From positions 1-25,558 of the forward strand of contig JBEKHC010000077.1 in the NCBI GenBank assembly GCA_050012475.1: a stretch of DNA of 25,558 bases. The letters are read 5' to 3'. Below are positions 17,631-25,558 of the stretch, one piece after another. The stretch comes from Candidatus Velthaea sp. (GTDB lineage Bacteria; Vulcanimicrobiota; Vulcanimicrobiia; Vulcanimicrobiales; Vulcanimicrobiaceae). The position numbers were made by a program, and so were the translations under genes. The notes beneath the pieces are model-generated. The model was not told the origin of the DNA and made no database searches. It saw only the letters and a program-made list of their open reading frames with translations. Numbering within the stretch: position 1 is the stretch's first letter; every line of letters starts with the position of its first letter.

Positions 17631-19901
17631 TTGTTCGATTGGTCTGGTCGCGCGCAACGCATCGTGCTCACGGCGCTGGTGTTCCTGGGTCTGCTCATGC
17701 CCCCGGCGATCTCGCAGACGCAGGCTCCGACGGTCGTCTCCGTGTCAGTGACGGGGAACAGCCACATCGCGACGGATCGCATTCTCGCCGTTGTCAAGAC
17801 CAAAGTCGGCGACCCGTTCAGTCCCGCCGTCGTGCAGGATGACCTCCGCTCGATCAACGACCTCGGCTTTTTTGCCGATCAGGCGCCGCCGGTCATCAAA
17901 CAGCGCCCGGAGGGAGTCGCGATCACCTTTCGGGTCATCGAGAATCCGGTCGTCACCCGGATCAATTTCACCGGAAATGCCCACGTCCCAGCCGACACGC
18001 TCTTGGCGCTCATGGACACGGCCGTCGGCCAAGTCTTCAACCTCAAGACGTATCAGCAAGACGTCCTCAAGATCAATTCGTATTACGACAAAATCGGGTA
18101 CGGCGGCCAGGTGCCCACCCACGTCGCCGACGTCAACATCGACCGCCAAGGTATCCTTGCGCTGACGCTCCGCGAAGGGCTCATCGTGCGTAATGTCCTG
18201 ATCTCGGAGCCGCCGCTGGGCGATCCGCTGCTCAACCCGAACTTGATCCGGTCGGTGCTGATGACCAAGCCCGGTACGCCGTATTCGGAGGACCAGCGCG
18301 ATAAGGACGTCGACCGGCTCAAGGATCTCTACAAACAGTACGACCTGCAAATCGGTGACTTCGAAGCCGGGATCGATCAGTCGAGCATCGACCTCAAGGC
18401 CGGCACGGCCGACGTTCGGTACACGATCTCGGTCATGCGCGTCGGGGCGGTCGAGATCACCGGGAACACGATTACGCACGACGACGTGATCCGCCGCGAA
18501 CTGCGCTTGCGCCCGGGCATGCTGATCACCGATTCGGGGGTCCGCCGCGACTACGACCGGCTCAACAACTTGGGCTTCTTCGAAAAAGTCGAACTCAACG
18601 ACAAGCCGGGCCCGGATCCGTCCAAGCCCGCGCTCCATACGCTGGACTGGCAAGTCAAAGAGCAGCGCACCGGGACGGCGCAAATCGGCGCCGGGTATTC
18701 GGGCGGTTTGACCGGCACCGGGTTGACCGGGACGGTTTCGTACTCGCAAAACAACATCAACGGCACCGGCAACGGCGGGTCGATCAAGCTCGAACGCGGC
18801 GCGCGCATCTCGGACGCCTCGATCTCGGCCACGATTCCTTATTTCGGGAAGACCGAGCAATCGCAGAAGTACAGCTTGGGCGGGACGATCTTCACGAACG
18901 CCCAGACCAATTACTATCCCGTCTATGTGGTGCCGACGCCGACGCCCGCGGCGCACGCGACGGCGGTCCCGACCGGCGCGCCCATCGAAGTCTCGATCCT
19001 GCCGCCCGCCACGGCGAATACCACCGCAACCCAAGTGAGCGGCGTCGCCGCGACGTATCAAGCCCGGTCCACGGGCATCAACCTCACCACCGGGCGGCGG
19101 CTCAACGACATCCTGCGCGCATCGCTGGGGCTTAATGTCTCCTCGGTGGAATCCGAGGCGCAGGTCCCCTCACCGTACTACTTCGGCAGCTCGAACGACA
19201 CGTCGCTCATCGGCAACGCCTGCGTGGCGGGAACCTCGATCTTATCCTCGACCTGCCAAGATACGTCGGCGCTGGGAATCACGGCGCCCTCGCTGGCCGT
19301 GACCCAAGCCGGCAAGAACTATGCCTTGCACTCGATCTCGCTGGGCTTCGGGGTCGACACGCGCGACGACGTCTTCAACCCGCGCCGCGGCGTGAACGCC
19401 ACCTTCTCGGACGAGATCAGTTCCAAAGCGTTCGGTTCGGCGTTCATCTACGATCAGTACGTTCTGGACCTCGCGAAGTTCTTTCCGGTCGGCCGGGCCT
19501 CGACGTTCGGCGTCCATTTCCGCGGCGGCACGTCGACGGGGGCGATCCCGACCAATAAGATTTTCACCTTCTCGGATCAGGATTTGCGCGGGTATACGGA
19601 CGTCTTCTATGGAACCGATGAGGCGCTCTTCCAGTCCGAACTCCGCGTGCCGCTCACGTCGGACCGAAAGTTTTCGGTCGTCGGTTTTGTCGACAGCGGC
19701 GGAACGCGGATTCGCGGCGCGACCGCCGGCGTCGACACGAATGGGAACCTCGTCAACTACGCTAATTTCATCTTCCACAGCGACGTCGGCGTCGGGCTGC
19801 GCTTCGACGTTCCGCAGCTGGGGCTGCGAACGATCCGGCTCGATTTTGCGAAGGGTTCCGAGGGTACCCACACCGCATTTGGTATCGGCCAGAGTTTTTA
19901 G
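17631..19901 (+). CDS. bamA: Omp85/BamA outer-membrane protein assembly factor, about 4 POTRA domains
   Basis: TTG start with AAGGA at 17617-17621; signal peptide; POTRA repeats (VSVTGN...DLRSINDLGFF; INFTGN...YYDKIGY; VEITGNTITHDDVIRREL...LNNLGFF); barrel with DTRDDVFNPRRG, DLRGY, GVGLRF, IRLDFA; C-terminal FGIGQSF. Confidence 0.93.
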   Translation: MFDWSGRAQRIVLTALVFLGLLMPPAISQTQAPTVVSVSVTGNSHIATDRILAVVKTKVGDPFSPAVVQDDLRSINDLGFFADQAPPVIKQRPEGVAITFRVIENPVVTRINFTGNAHVPADTLLALMDTAVGQVFNLKTYQQDVLKINSYYDKIGYGGQVPTHVADVNIDRQGILALTLREGLIVRNVLISEPPLGDPLLNPNLIRSVLMTKPGTPYSEDQRDKDVDRLKDLYKQYDLQIGDFEAGIDQSSIDLKAGTADVRYTISVMRVGAVEITGNTITHDDVIRRELRLRPGMLITDSGVRRDYDRLNNLGFFEKVELNDKPGPDPSKPALHTLDWQVKEQRTGTAQIGAGYSGGLTGTGLTGTVSYSQNNINGTGNGGSIKLERGARISDASISATIPYFGKTEQSQKYSLGGTIFTNAQTNYYPVYVVPTPTPAAHATAVPTGAPIEVSILPPATANTTATQVSGVAATYQARSTGINLTTGRRLNDILRASLGLNVSSVESEAQVPSPYYFGSSNDTSLIGNACVAGTSILSSTCQDTSALGITAPSLAVTQAGKNYALHSISLGFGVDTRDDVFNPRRGVNATFSDEISSKAFGSAFIYDQYVLDLAKFFPVGRASTFGVHFRGGTSTGAIPTNKIFTFSDQDLRGYTDVFYGTDEALFQSELRVPLTSDRKFSVVGFVDSGGTRIRGATAGVDTNGNLVNYANFIFHSDVGVGLRFDVPQLGLRTIRLDFAKGSEGTHTAFGIGQSF

Positions 19902-19902
19902 G

Positions 19903-20712
19903 ATGACACATCGCTTCGTTTCGGCCGGCCGCGCGTTCGCGCTCGTTGCCGCGGCGGCTGCTTTCCTGGCGGCGCCGGCGGCGCTGGCGGCCGACGTCAC
20001 CGATATCGGGTTCGTCGACCAAGGCGTGTTGGCGGCGTTGCCGAGCTTCCAAACGGCGAACCGGCAGTTCGCCGATTTCGGGCGCAAACTGCAAAGCCAA
20101 TACGTCGCCCGCGCGCACCATGCCAACGCAGCTGGGCAAGCTCAACTAGCGCAAGAGTTCCAAAGCCGGATGGCCGAGGAGCAGCAGCGTCTGGTGGGAC
20201 CGCTGCTCAGCAAAGCGCAGGTCGCGATCGCGTCGGTCGCGTCGAGCAAGAATTTGTCGGTGATCGTCGACAAGCGGATCGTGGTCTTCGGCGGCACGGA
20301 TATCACCGGCAGCGTCCGCGATCTCTTGACGAGCCCGGGCGATCCGGTGCCGCCGGCATCGACGCCGGGCCCATCGAGTGTCGGCTACGTCGACCAGCGC
20401 GCGATCGACGATCTCGCCAAGGTGAAAGCCGTGCAGGCCGACTTCGCCAAATTCAAGGCCGACGAAGAGAAGGCGGCACAGGCCAAACTCAAGGCCGCCA
20501 AAACCGACACCGAACGCCAAGCGATTTTCACCGACTACAAGAAATCGCTGGATGCCAAATCGGACCAGTTGATCAAGCCCGTCGTCGATCAGACGCGCGG
20601 CGTCATCGGCGACGTCGCGAAAAAGAAGGGGCTGACGCTGGTGATCGATCGCGGCAACATCATTTACGGCGGCCAGGACATCACGTCCGACGTAACGGCG
20701 GCGCTCAAATAG
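19903..20712 (+). CDS. Skp/OmpH-family chaperone with two tandem OmpH domains
   Basis: Signal peptide ending ALA; domain 1 IGFVD...VASSKNLSVIVDKRIVVFGGTDIT; Pro-rich linker; domain 2 VGYVD...VAKKKGLTLVIDRGNIIYGGQDIT. ATG 19903 starts 2 nt after the bamA stop. Confidence 0.85.
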   Translation: MTHRFVSAGRAFALVAAAAAFLAAPAALAADVTDIGFVDQGVLAALPSFQTANRQFADFGRKLQSQYVARAHHANAAGQAQLAQEFQSRMAEEQQRLVGPLLSKAQVAIASVASSKNLSVIVDKRIVVFGGTDITGSVRDLLTSPGDPVPPASTPGPSSVGYVDQRAIDDLAKVKAVQADFAKFKADEEKAAQAKLKAAKTDTERQAIFTDYKKSLDAKSDQLIKPVVDQTRGVIGDVAKKKGLTLVIDRGNIIYGGQDITSDVTAALK

Positions 20713-20756
20713 GTACACCTGCTCGCCCGTCAGCGGCGGTTTGCACCGGCGCTGCG

Positions 20757-22055
20757 GTGCTCGCTCTGGGGGCACTCGCCGCGTGCGCCAAACCGGCCGC
20801 GACCGCGCCGCCGGCGGTCGTCAGCAGCGGCGGAACCGTCGGCTACGTGCGCATGACCGATCTCGTGCGGCACCATCCGCTGTACTCCCAGCTTACCGGG
20901 TACGACAATAGCATCCAGGCGCTGAATTTGCGCACCGTCGTCCCGGATGTCGCCAAGCCCGACGCGGCGATCGTGAAGGCCGAAGCGGCGCTGCAGAGCG
21001 AGCTGAACGCGGCGGCGGAGCACACGCGCCGGGTCCTGGCACAGAAATCGCAGGCCTATCAAGCGCGCGAACAGCAGGCGATCGCGCTGGCCTTGGCCGC
21101 ACCGGCCGGTCACGCGCCGTCGGCCGCGGAGATCGCGCAGCAGATCGACCGCACGGCCCAATCGCAATCGCGCAGTGTGGCCGCGCAGGCCAGCCGCGAT
21201 TTCGACAGTTATCGCAAGACGCTCGTTGCGCAGGATAACGGCGAACTGCAAGCCGCGCAAAAGACGCTCGCGGATCGCGCCGGACGGCAGTTCCGCGCCA
21301 AGCAAGACGAGCTGCAGGCCAAGGAGTCGGCGTTGTCGCTCGACCAGGCGAACCGGGATGCGCCGGCGCGGCTCTCGCTGCGCACCCGGCTTTCGAGCCT
21401 TGCGCTCGACGATACGCAGCGCGATACGGTGCGCAGTCAACTCGCGGCGCTCGACCGCAGTGAAGCCGATGCGCTCGCCGCGCTCAAGAACCGCGATTCG
21501 CAGACGCTGGCGACGTTGGCCGCGCAGCTGCGGGCGCAAGTGCAGCGGGAGATGCAAGCCAAGGCCGCCGAGATTCACGGCCGCTCCGTCGCGAAGCTCA
21601 ACGGGCGCGAACAAGACATTCGCAGAGAGTTCGGCACACCCGCGGTCGTCGTGATTCCCGGCGCAGCGCCGGCCGCAGCGAAGAATGCGAACCTTTCACC
21701 CCAACTGCGAACGACCATCAAAGCGCTGCACGACAATTATCAAAACGAATTCAACCGCGACGCAAAATCGACGATCGCCGATTTCGCCCGCACGCGCGAG
21801 GACCTGCGCCGGCGTTACGAACAATTGCGCGGGATCGACGCTTCGGCCCAAGCCGGCGCGGCCGCGCAGATTGCGAGCCTGACCAAGAAGCGCGCCGATC
21901 TGTACGGGCAAATGGTCGCGCAAATCGGGCGCGAAGTCCGGCTGCTGGCGCAGGCGCGTGGGATCTCGGTGGTCGTCACCGATCCGGTCGCAAATGCGGG
22001 CGGGGTCGATCTGACGTCGGACGCGATGAAAGATCTTGAAAGTCTTCACGAATGA
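20757..22055 (+). CDS. Skp/OmpH-like predicted lipoprotein with a very long coiled-coil insert (true start probably upstream, possibly ATA 20709)
   Basis: Lipobox-like LAAC (Cys 20784-20786); N-terminal VGYVRMTDLVRHHPLY and C-terminal LAQARGISVVV...GGVDLT as in OmpH; roughly 340 Ala/Gln/Leu/Arg-rich helical residues between them. Confidence 0.7.
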   Translation: MLALGALAACAKPAATAPPAVVSSGGTVGYVRMTDLVRHHPLYSQLTGYDNSIQALNLRTVVPDVAKPDAAIVKAEAALQSELNAAAEHTRRVLAQKSQAYQAREQQAIALALAAPAGHAPSAAEIAQQIDRTAQSQSRSVAAQASRDFDSYRKTLVAQDNGELQAAQKTLADRAGRQFRAKQDELQAKESALSLDQANRDAPARLSLRTRLSSLALDDTQRDTVRSQLAALDRSEADALAALKNRDSQTLATLAAQLRAQVQREMQAKAAEIHGRSVAKLNGREQDIRREFGTPAVVVIPGAAPAAAKNANLSPQLRTTIKALHDNYQNEFNRDAKSTIADFARTREDLRRRYEQLRGIDASAQAGAAAQIASLTKKRADLYGQMVAQIGREVRLLAQARGISVVVTDPVANAGGVDLTSDAMKDLESLHE

Positions 22056-22477
22056 AAGCGAGTCGCGTGCCGGTGCGTAGCATCCTCATGGTTGTCCTCG
22101 GTTCGGCGCTGATCGCGGGATGTGCGCCGCCGGCGCCCAAATCGACCATCGGTTTGATCGACACGGCGCGGATCACCAGCAACTGGCCCAAATTCCAAAA
22201 CTATCAAAACCAGATCGCCGCAGATGAAGCTGCGATCCAGCGCTCCAACGCGTCCAACGCGCAGAAAGCGCAGCAGATCGCGCAACTGCAGCAGCGGTAT
22301 GTCAGCGCCCAACGTGAGTTGACCGACGACGTTTCGAACGCCGCGCAGCAAGTCGCCAAAGACAAAGGTCTCACCTACGTCTTCACCCGCCAATACGTCG
22401 GCTACGGCGGCGTCGACGTCACCACCGACATCGAGAAGATTCTCAAGATCGAAGAAAAGGCGACCCCCGCCCCGTGA
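22052..22477 (+). CDS. Short Skp/OmpH-family predicted lipoprotein
   Basis: Lipobox IAGC (Cys 22121-22123); IGLIDTARITSNWPKF...VAKDKGLTYVF...YGGVDVTTDI; ATGA overlap with the upstream gene. Confidence 0.8.
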   Translation: MKASRVPVRSILMVVLGSALIAGCAPPAPKSTIGLIDTARITSNWPKFQNYQNQIAADEAAIQRSNASNAQKAQQIAQLQQRYVSAQRELTDDVSNAAQQVAKDKGLTYVFTRQYVGYGGVDVTTDIEKILKIEEKATPAP

Positions 22478-23514
22478 CCACCGGAGCGCTGGGGACGCTG
22501 GGATCGCTCGCGCAGCACATCGACGGCCGCGTCATCGGCGATCCGACGGTCAGCGTCGACCGGCTGGCCGCGATCGACGACCTCGACGAGCGGACCTTGA
22601 CCTTTGCCACCGATGAGCGTTACCTGCGGCTGGCGCTGGCGTCGAAGGCTGCAGCGATCCTCACCGACGCGCAGTTCGTCGACGAGGGCGCGGCTTACGC
22701 GAAGCCGCTGCTGGTCGTGGGCTCGGTGCGCGTCGCGCTTGCCGATCTGCTTGCCTTGCTCGAGCCGCCCCGCTTGGCGCCGGGGATTCATCCGACCGCC
22801 GTCATCGAACCGAGCGCGCAGCTCGGAAGCGACGTTGCGCTGGGCGCCCACGTGTACGTCGGTGAGCGCGCGCGGATCGGCGACCGGACCGTGCTCGGTG
22901 CGGGCGTCGTGATCGGGGCCGATGCCATCGTCGGCGATGACTGCCTGTTTCATCCGCGCGCCGTGCTGCTCGACCGCTGCCGGACCGGCAACCGGGTCGT
23001 CCTGCAGTCGGGCGCGACGATCGGCAGCGACGGATTCGGGTGGGCGTTCGTCGAGGGCGCGCTGCGCAAGATTCCCCAGGTCGGCACGGTAGAGCTGGCC
23101 GACGACGTGGAGATTGGTTCGAACACGTGCATCGACCGCGCGCAGACCGGCGTGACGTCGGTCGGCGAGGGCACGAAAATCGACAATTTATGTCAGATCG
23201 GTCACAACTGCCGGATCGGGAAGCACACTGCCATCGCGGGGATGACCGGAATGGCAGGAACGACGATCATCGGCGACTACGTTCAAATCGGCGGTCAGGC
23301 CGCGTTCAAGGGCCACATCACGGTCGGCTCGCGGGTCGTCATCGCCGGTGCCAGTCACATCTGGGGAGATGTCCCGGACGGAATGATGGTGAGCGGCCGG
23401 CCAGCGCGGGCGCATCGTGACGAACTCCGAGGACAGGCATTGCTGCGCAAGCTTCCGAAGCTTTTTGCTCGGGTCGACGCGCTGGAAGGCTCAGCCGGCG
23501 ACAACGCGGAGTAA
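22474..23514 (+). CDS. lpxD: UDP-3-O-acylglucosamine N-acyltransferase LpxD
   Basis: GIHPTAVI, hexapeptide repeats, IGSDGFG, KIPQVG, VEIGSNTCIDR, TKIDNLCQIGHN. GTGA overlap with the upstream gene. Confidence 0.97.
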   Translation: MTTGALGTLGSLAQHIDGRVIGDPTVSVDRLAAIDDLDERTLTFATDERYLRLALASKAAAILTDAQFVDEGAAYAKPLLVVGSVRVALADLLALLEPPRLAPGIHPTAVIEPSAQLGSDVALGAHVYVGERARIGDRTVLGAGVVIGADAIVGDDCLFHPRAVLLDRCRTGNRVVLQSGATIGSDGFGWAFVEGALRKIPQVGTVELADDVEIGSNTCIDRAQTGVTSVGEGTKIDNLCQIGHNCRIGKHTAIAGMTGMAGTTIIGDYVQIGGQAAFKGHITVGSRVVIAGASHIWGDVPDGMMVSGRPARAHRDELRGQALLRKLPKLFARVDALEGSAGDNAE

Positions 23515-23518
23515 GAAT

Positions 23519-24361
23519 CTGCAATATCAATCGACATTGCGCGACGCGATCGAATTCGCGGGCGTAGGTCTTCATACGGGTCTCCCCGGCCGCGTGCGGA
23601 TCGTGCCGGCAAAGGCGGGGGCGGGCTTACGTTTCCGGCTCGACGGCGCGGTGGAGTTTCCCGCGCGCGCCGATTACGTCGTCGACACGCGGCGTGCGAC
23701 GATGCTGGGCGTGGGCGACCGGACGGTTTCCACGGTCGAACACCTGCTCTCGGCGATCTTGGGGATGGGCATCGACAACGCGCTGCTCTGCGTCGATGGA
23801 CCGGAGATTCCGGTGATGGACGGCAGCGCGAAACTTTTTGCCGAAGCCATCGCCGCGGTCGGCACGACCGTGCAGCATGAACCGCGCGAGCGATTCATCC
23901 CAACCCGTCCGTATCTGTTCCGCGACGGCGACAAACTGCTCATCGTCGTCCCGGCCTCGACGTTCCGGATCCGCATGACCGTCGACTACGACGAACCGAT
24001 CGGCGCGCAGTATCGCGACATGGAAATCGATCCGGCGACCTACTGCACGGAGATTGCCCCCAACCGAACCTTCGGTTTCGAGCACGAAGTTCAGGCGCTC
24101 ATTCGGCGCGGCTTGGCGCAGGGCGGAACGCTCGAAAACGCGGTCGTCTTCGGTCCGGACGGTCCGCTGGCGCCGCTGCGCTCGGCCGACGAGCCCTGCC
24201 GTCACAAGATCCTCGACTTGGTCGGCGATTTCGCGCTCTTGGGCGCCTACCCGCAGTGCGAAGTCATCGCGATCAAGAGCGGTCACAAACTGCATTGCAT
24301 GGCCGTTCGCGAACTCCGTCCCGGCGGCGCGGCCGCGCGCGCAGCTGCCGTCTCTCCTTAG
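23519..24361 (+). CDS. lpxC: UDP-3-O-acyl-GlcNAc deacetylase LpxC (probable CTG start)
   Basis: QSTL...GVGLHTG, TVEHLLSA, EIPVMDGSA, EIAPNRTFGF, HKILDLVGD, KSGH. GGAG at 23508-23511 lies 7 nt before CTG 23519. Confidence 0.95.
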   Translation: MQYQSTLRDAIEFAGVGLHTGLPGRVRIVPAKAGAGLRFRLDGAVEFPARADYVVDTRRATMLGVGDRTVSTVEHLLSAILGMGIDNALLCVDGPEIPVMDGSAKLFAEAIAAVGTTVQHEPRERFIPTRPYLFRDGDKLLIVVPASTFRIRMTVDYDEPIGAQYRDMEIDPATYCTEIAPNRTFGFEHEVQALIRRGLAQGGTLENAVVFGPDGPLAPLRSADEPCRHKILDLVGDFALLGAYPQCEVIAIKSGHKLHCMAVRELRPGGAAARAAAVSP

Positions 24362-24392
24362 TGACACCGCACTAGCGCGCCCGGAGAAAAAC

Positions 24393-24866
24393 GTGTCAAC
24401 TTTGGACGCGCGCGAGATCATGAAGATCTTGCCGCACCGCTACCCGATGCTGCTCGTCGACCGCATCACCGATTTCGAACCGATGAAGTTCGCCCGCGGC
24501 TACAAGAATCTCACCATCAACGAGCCGATGTTTGCCGGACACTTCCCGGGCAATCCGGTCATGCCGGGCGTGTACATCATTGAGGCGATGGCGCAAGTCG
24601 GCGGCATCGCGATCCTGGCCTCGGGCGACATGGCGCGCAAGATTCCGTATCTCGCCGGCATCGACCGGGCGAAGTTCCGTCGGCCGGTCATTCCGGGCGA
24701 TCAGCTCCTGATGGAAGCGACGGTGGTCAAAACGCGCTTGAATATCGGCTGGGTGTTCGTCGAGTCCAAAGTTCACGGCAAACTCGTGTGCTCGGCCGAG
24801 CTGTCGTTCTCGATCGCGGTCGATCCGTCGGCGTTCGCTAACGACGCTTCGATCTTACATCAATGA
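24393..24866 (+). CDS. fabZ: 3-hydroxyacyl-ACP dehydratase FabZ
   Basis: LPHRYPMLLVDRI, FAGHFPGNPVMPGV..EAMAQ, KFRRPVIPGD. GTG 24393 with GGAGA upstream. Confidence 0.96.
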   Translation: MSTLDAREIMKILPHRYPMLLVDRITDFEPMKFARGYKNLTINEPMFAGHFPGNPVMPGVYIIEAMAQVGGIAILASGDMARKIPYLAGIDRAKFRRPVIPGDQLLMEATVVKTRLNIGWVFVESKVHGKLVCSAELSFSIAVDPSAFANDASILHQ

Positions 24867-25558
24867 TCCATCCGACGGCGATCGTCCATCCGTCGGCGCG
24901 CGTCGCGCGCAGCGCCGAGATCGGGCCCTACTCGCTCGTCGGCGAACACGTCGTCATCGGCGAGCGCGCGAAGCTGCTCGCGCATGTCGTCATCAACGGC
25001 CATACGACGATCGGTGAAGAGGCCGAAATCTTTCCGTTTGCGTCGATCGGTGCGCCGTCGCAGGATCGCAAGGCGGCCGGGGAAGTCGCCTACACGACGA
25101 TCGGCGCGCGCTCCGTCGTGCGCGAATACGTTTCGATCCACCGCGCAACGGGCGAAGGACAAACCACCTCGGTCGGCAGCGATTGCCTGCTGCTGGCGTA
25201 CGTGCACATCGCGCACAATTGCGCGATCGGCAATTTCGTCACGATGTCGAATCTGGCGCAGCTGGCCGGACACGTCGTGGTGGACGACTACGCGGTCATC
25301 GGCGGACACAGCGGCGTTCATCAGTTCGTGCGGGTCGGCCAACATTCGTTCGTCGGCGGTTTCACCAAAGTGGTGCGGGACGTTCCGCCGTTCTTTCTCA
25401 TCGAGGGCAACCCCGCTGAGGTCTACGGCCTCAACAGCGTCGGCCTCCGGCGGCACGGCTTCAGTTCCGACGCGCTGCACGAACTCAAAGAAGCGTACAA
25501 GACGATCTACCGGTCGGACCGCAATCTCTCGCAAGCCGTTGCATCGCTGCGCGAGACC
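24863..25558 (+). CDS. lpxA: UDP-GlcNAc O-acyltransferase LpxA, 3'-truncated by the window end (not in the ORF track)
   Basis: Manual translation from ATG 24863 (ATGA overlap with fabZ): MIHPTAIVHPSA...FASIGAPSQD...REYVSIHRAT...YVHIAHNC...LAGHV...VHQF...DVPPF...GLNSVGLRR; frame open to the end of the window. Confidence 0.96.
   Translation, partial: MIHPTAIVHPSARVARSAEIGPYSLVGEHVVIGERAKLLAHVVINGHTTIGEEAEIFPFASIGAPSQDRKAAGEVAYTTIGARSVVREYVSIHRATGEGQTTSVGSDCLLLAYVHIAHNCAIGNFVTMSNLAQLAGHVVVDDYAVIGGHSGVHQFVRVGQHSFVGGFTKVVRDVPPFFLIEGNPAEVYGLNSVGLRRHGFSSDALHELKEAYKTIYRSDRNLSQAVASLRET

Overview
High-GC bacterial chromosomal origin region joined directly to an outer-membrane biogenesis cluster. Left to right: a 5'-truncated, frameshifted DJ-1/PfpI gene (+); the rpmH-rnpA-yidD-yidC-jag-mnmE operon (-); a DnaA-box-rich spacer; dnaA; a ~720 bp spacer with hairpins, degenerate DnaA boxes, DnaA-trios and an AT-rich patch (likely unwinding site of a bipartite oriC); dnaN-recF-dciA-like(DUF721)-gyrB with no adjacent gyrA; then tamB-like-bamA-three Skp/OmpH-family genes-lpxD-lpxC-fabZ-lpxA (3'-truncated). 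Gram-positive-style features (short YidC, 632-aa GyrB, origin layout) together with lipid A genes point to a diderm Terrabacteria lineage, possibly Eremiobacterota/Vulcanimicrobiota-like (inference only). Most genes are housekeeping. The most unusual items are three architecturally different Skp paralogues (tandem double-domain, giant coiled-coil lipoprotein, mini lipoprotein), an extended DciA with a Zn ribbon, a candidate ECF-sigma promoter before bamA, probable non-canonical start codons, and a hairpin-dense segment beside oriC. All family assignments are by motif recognition by eye; no searches were run.
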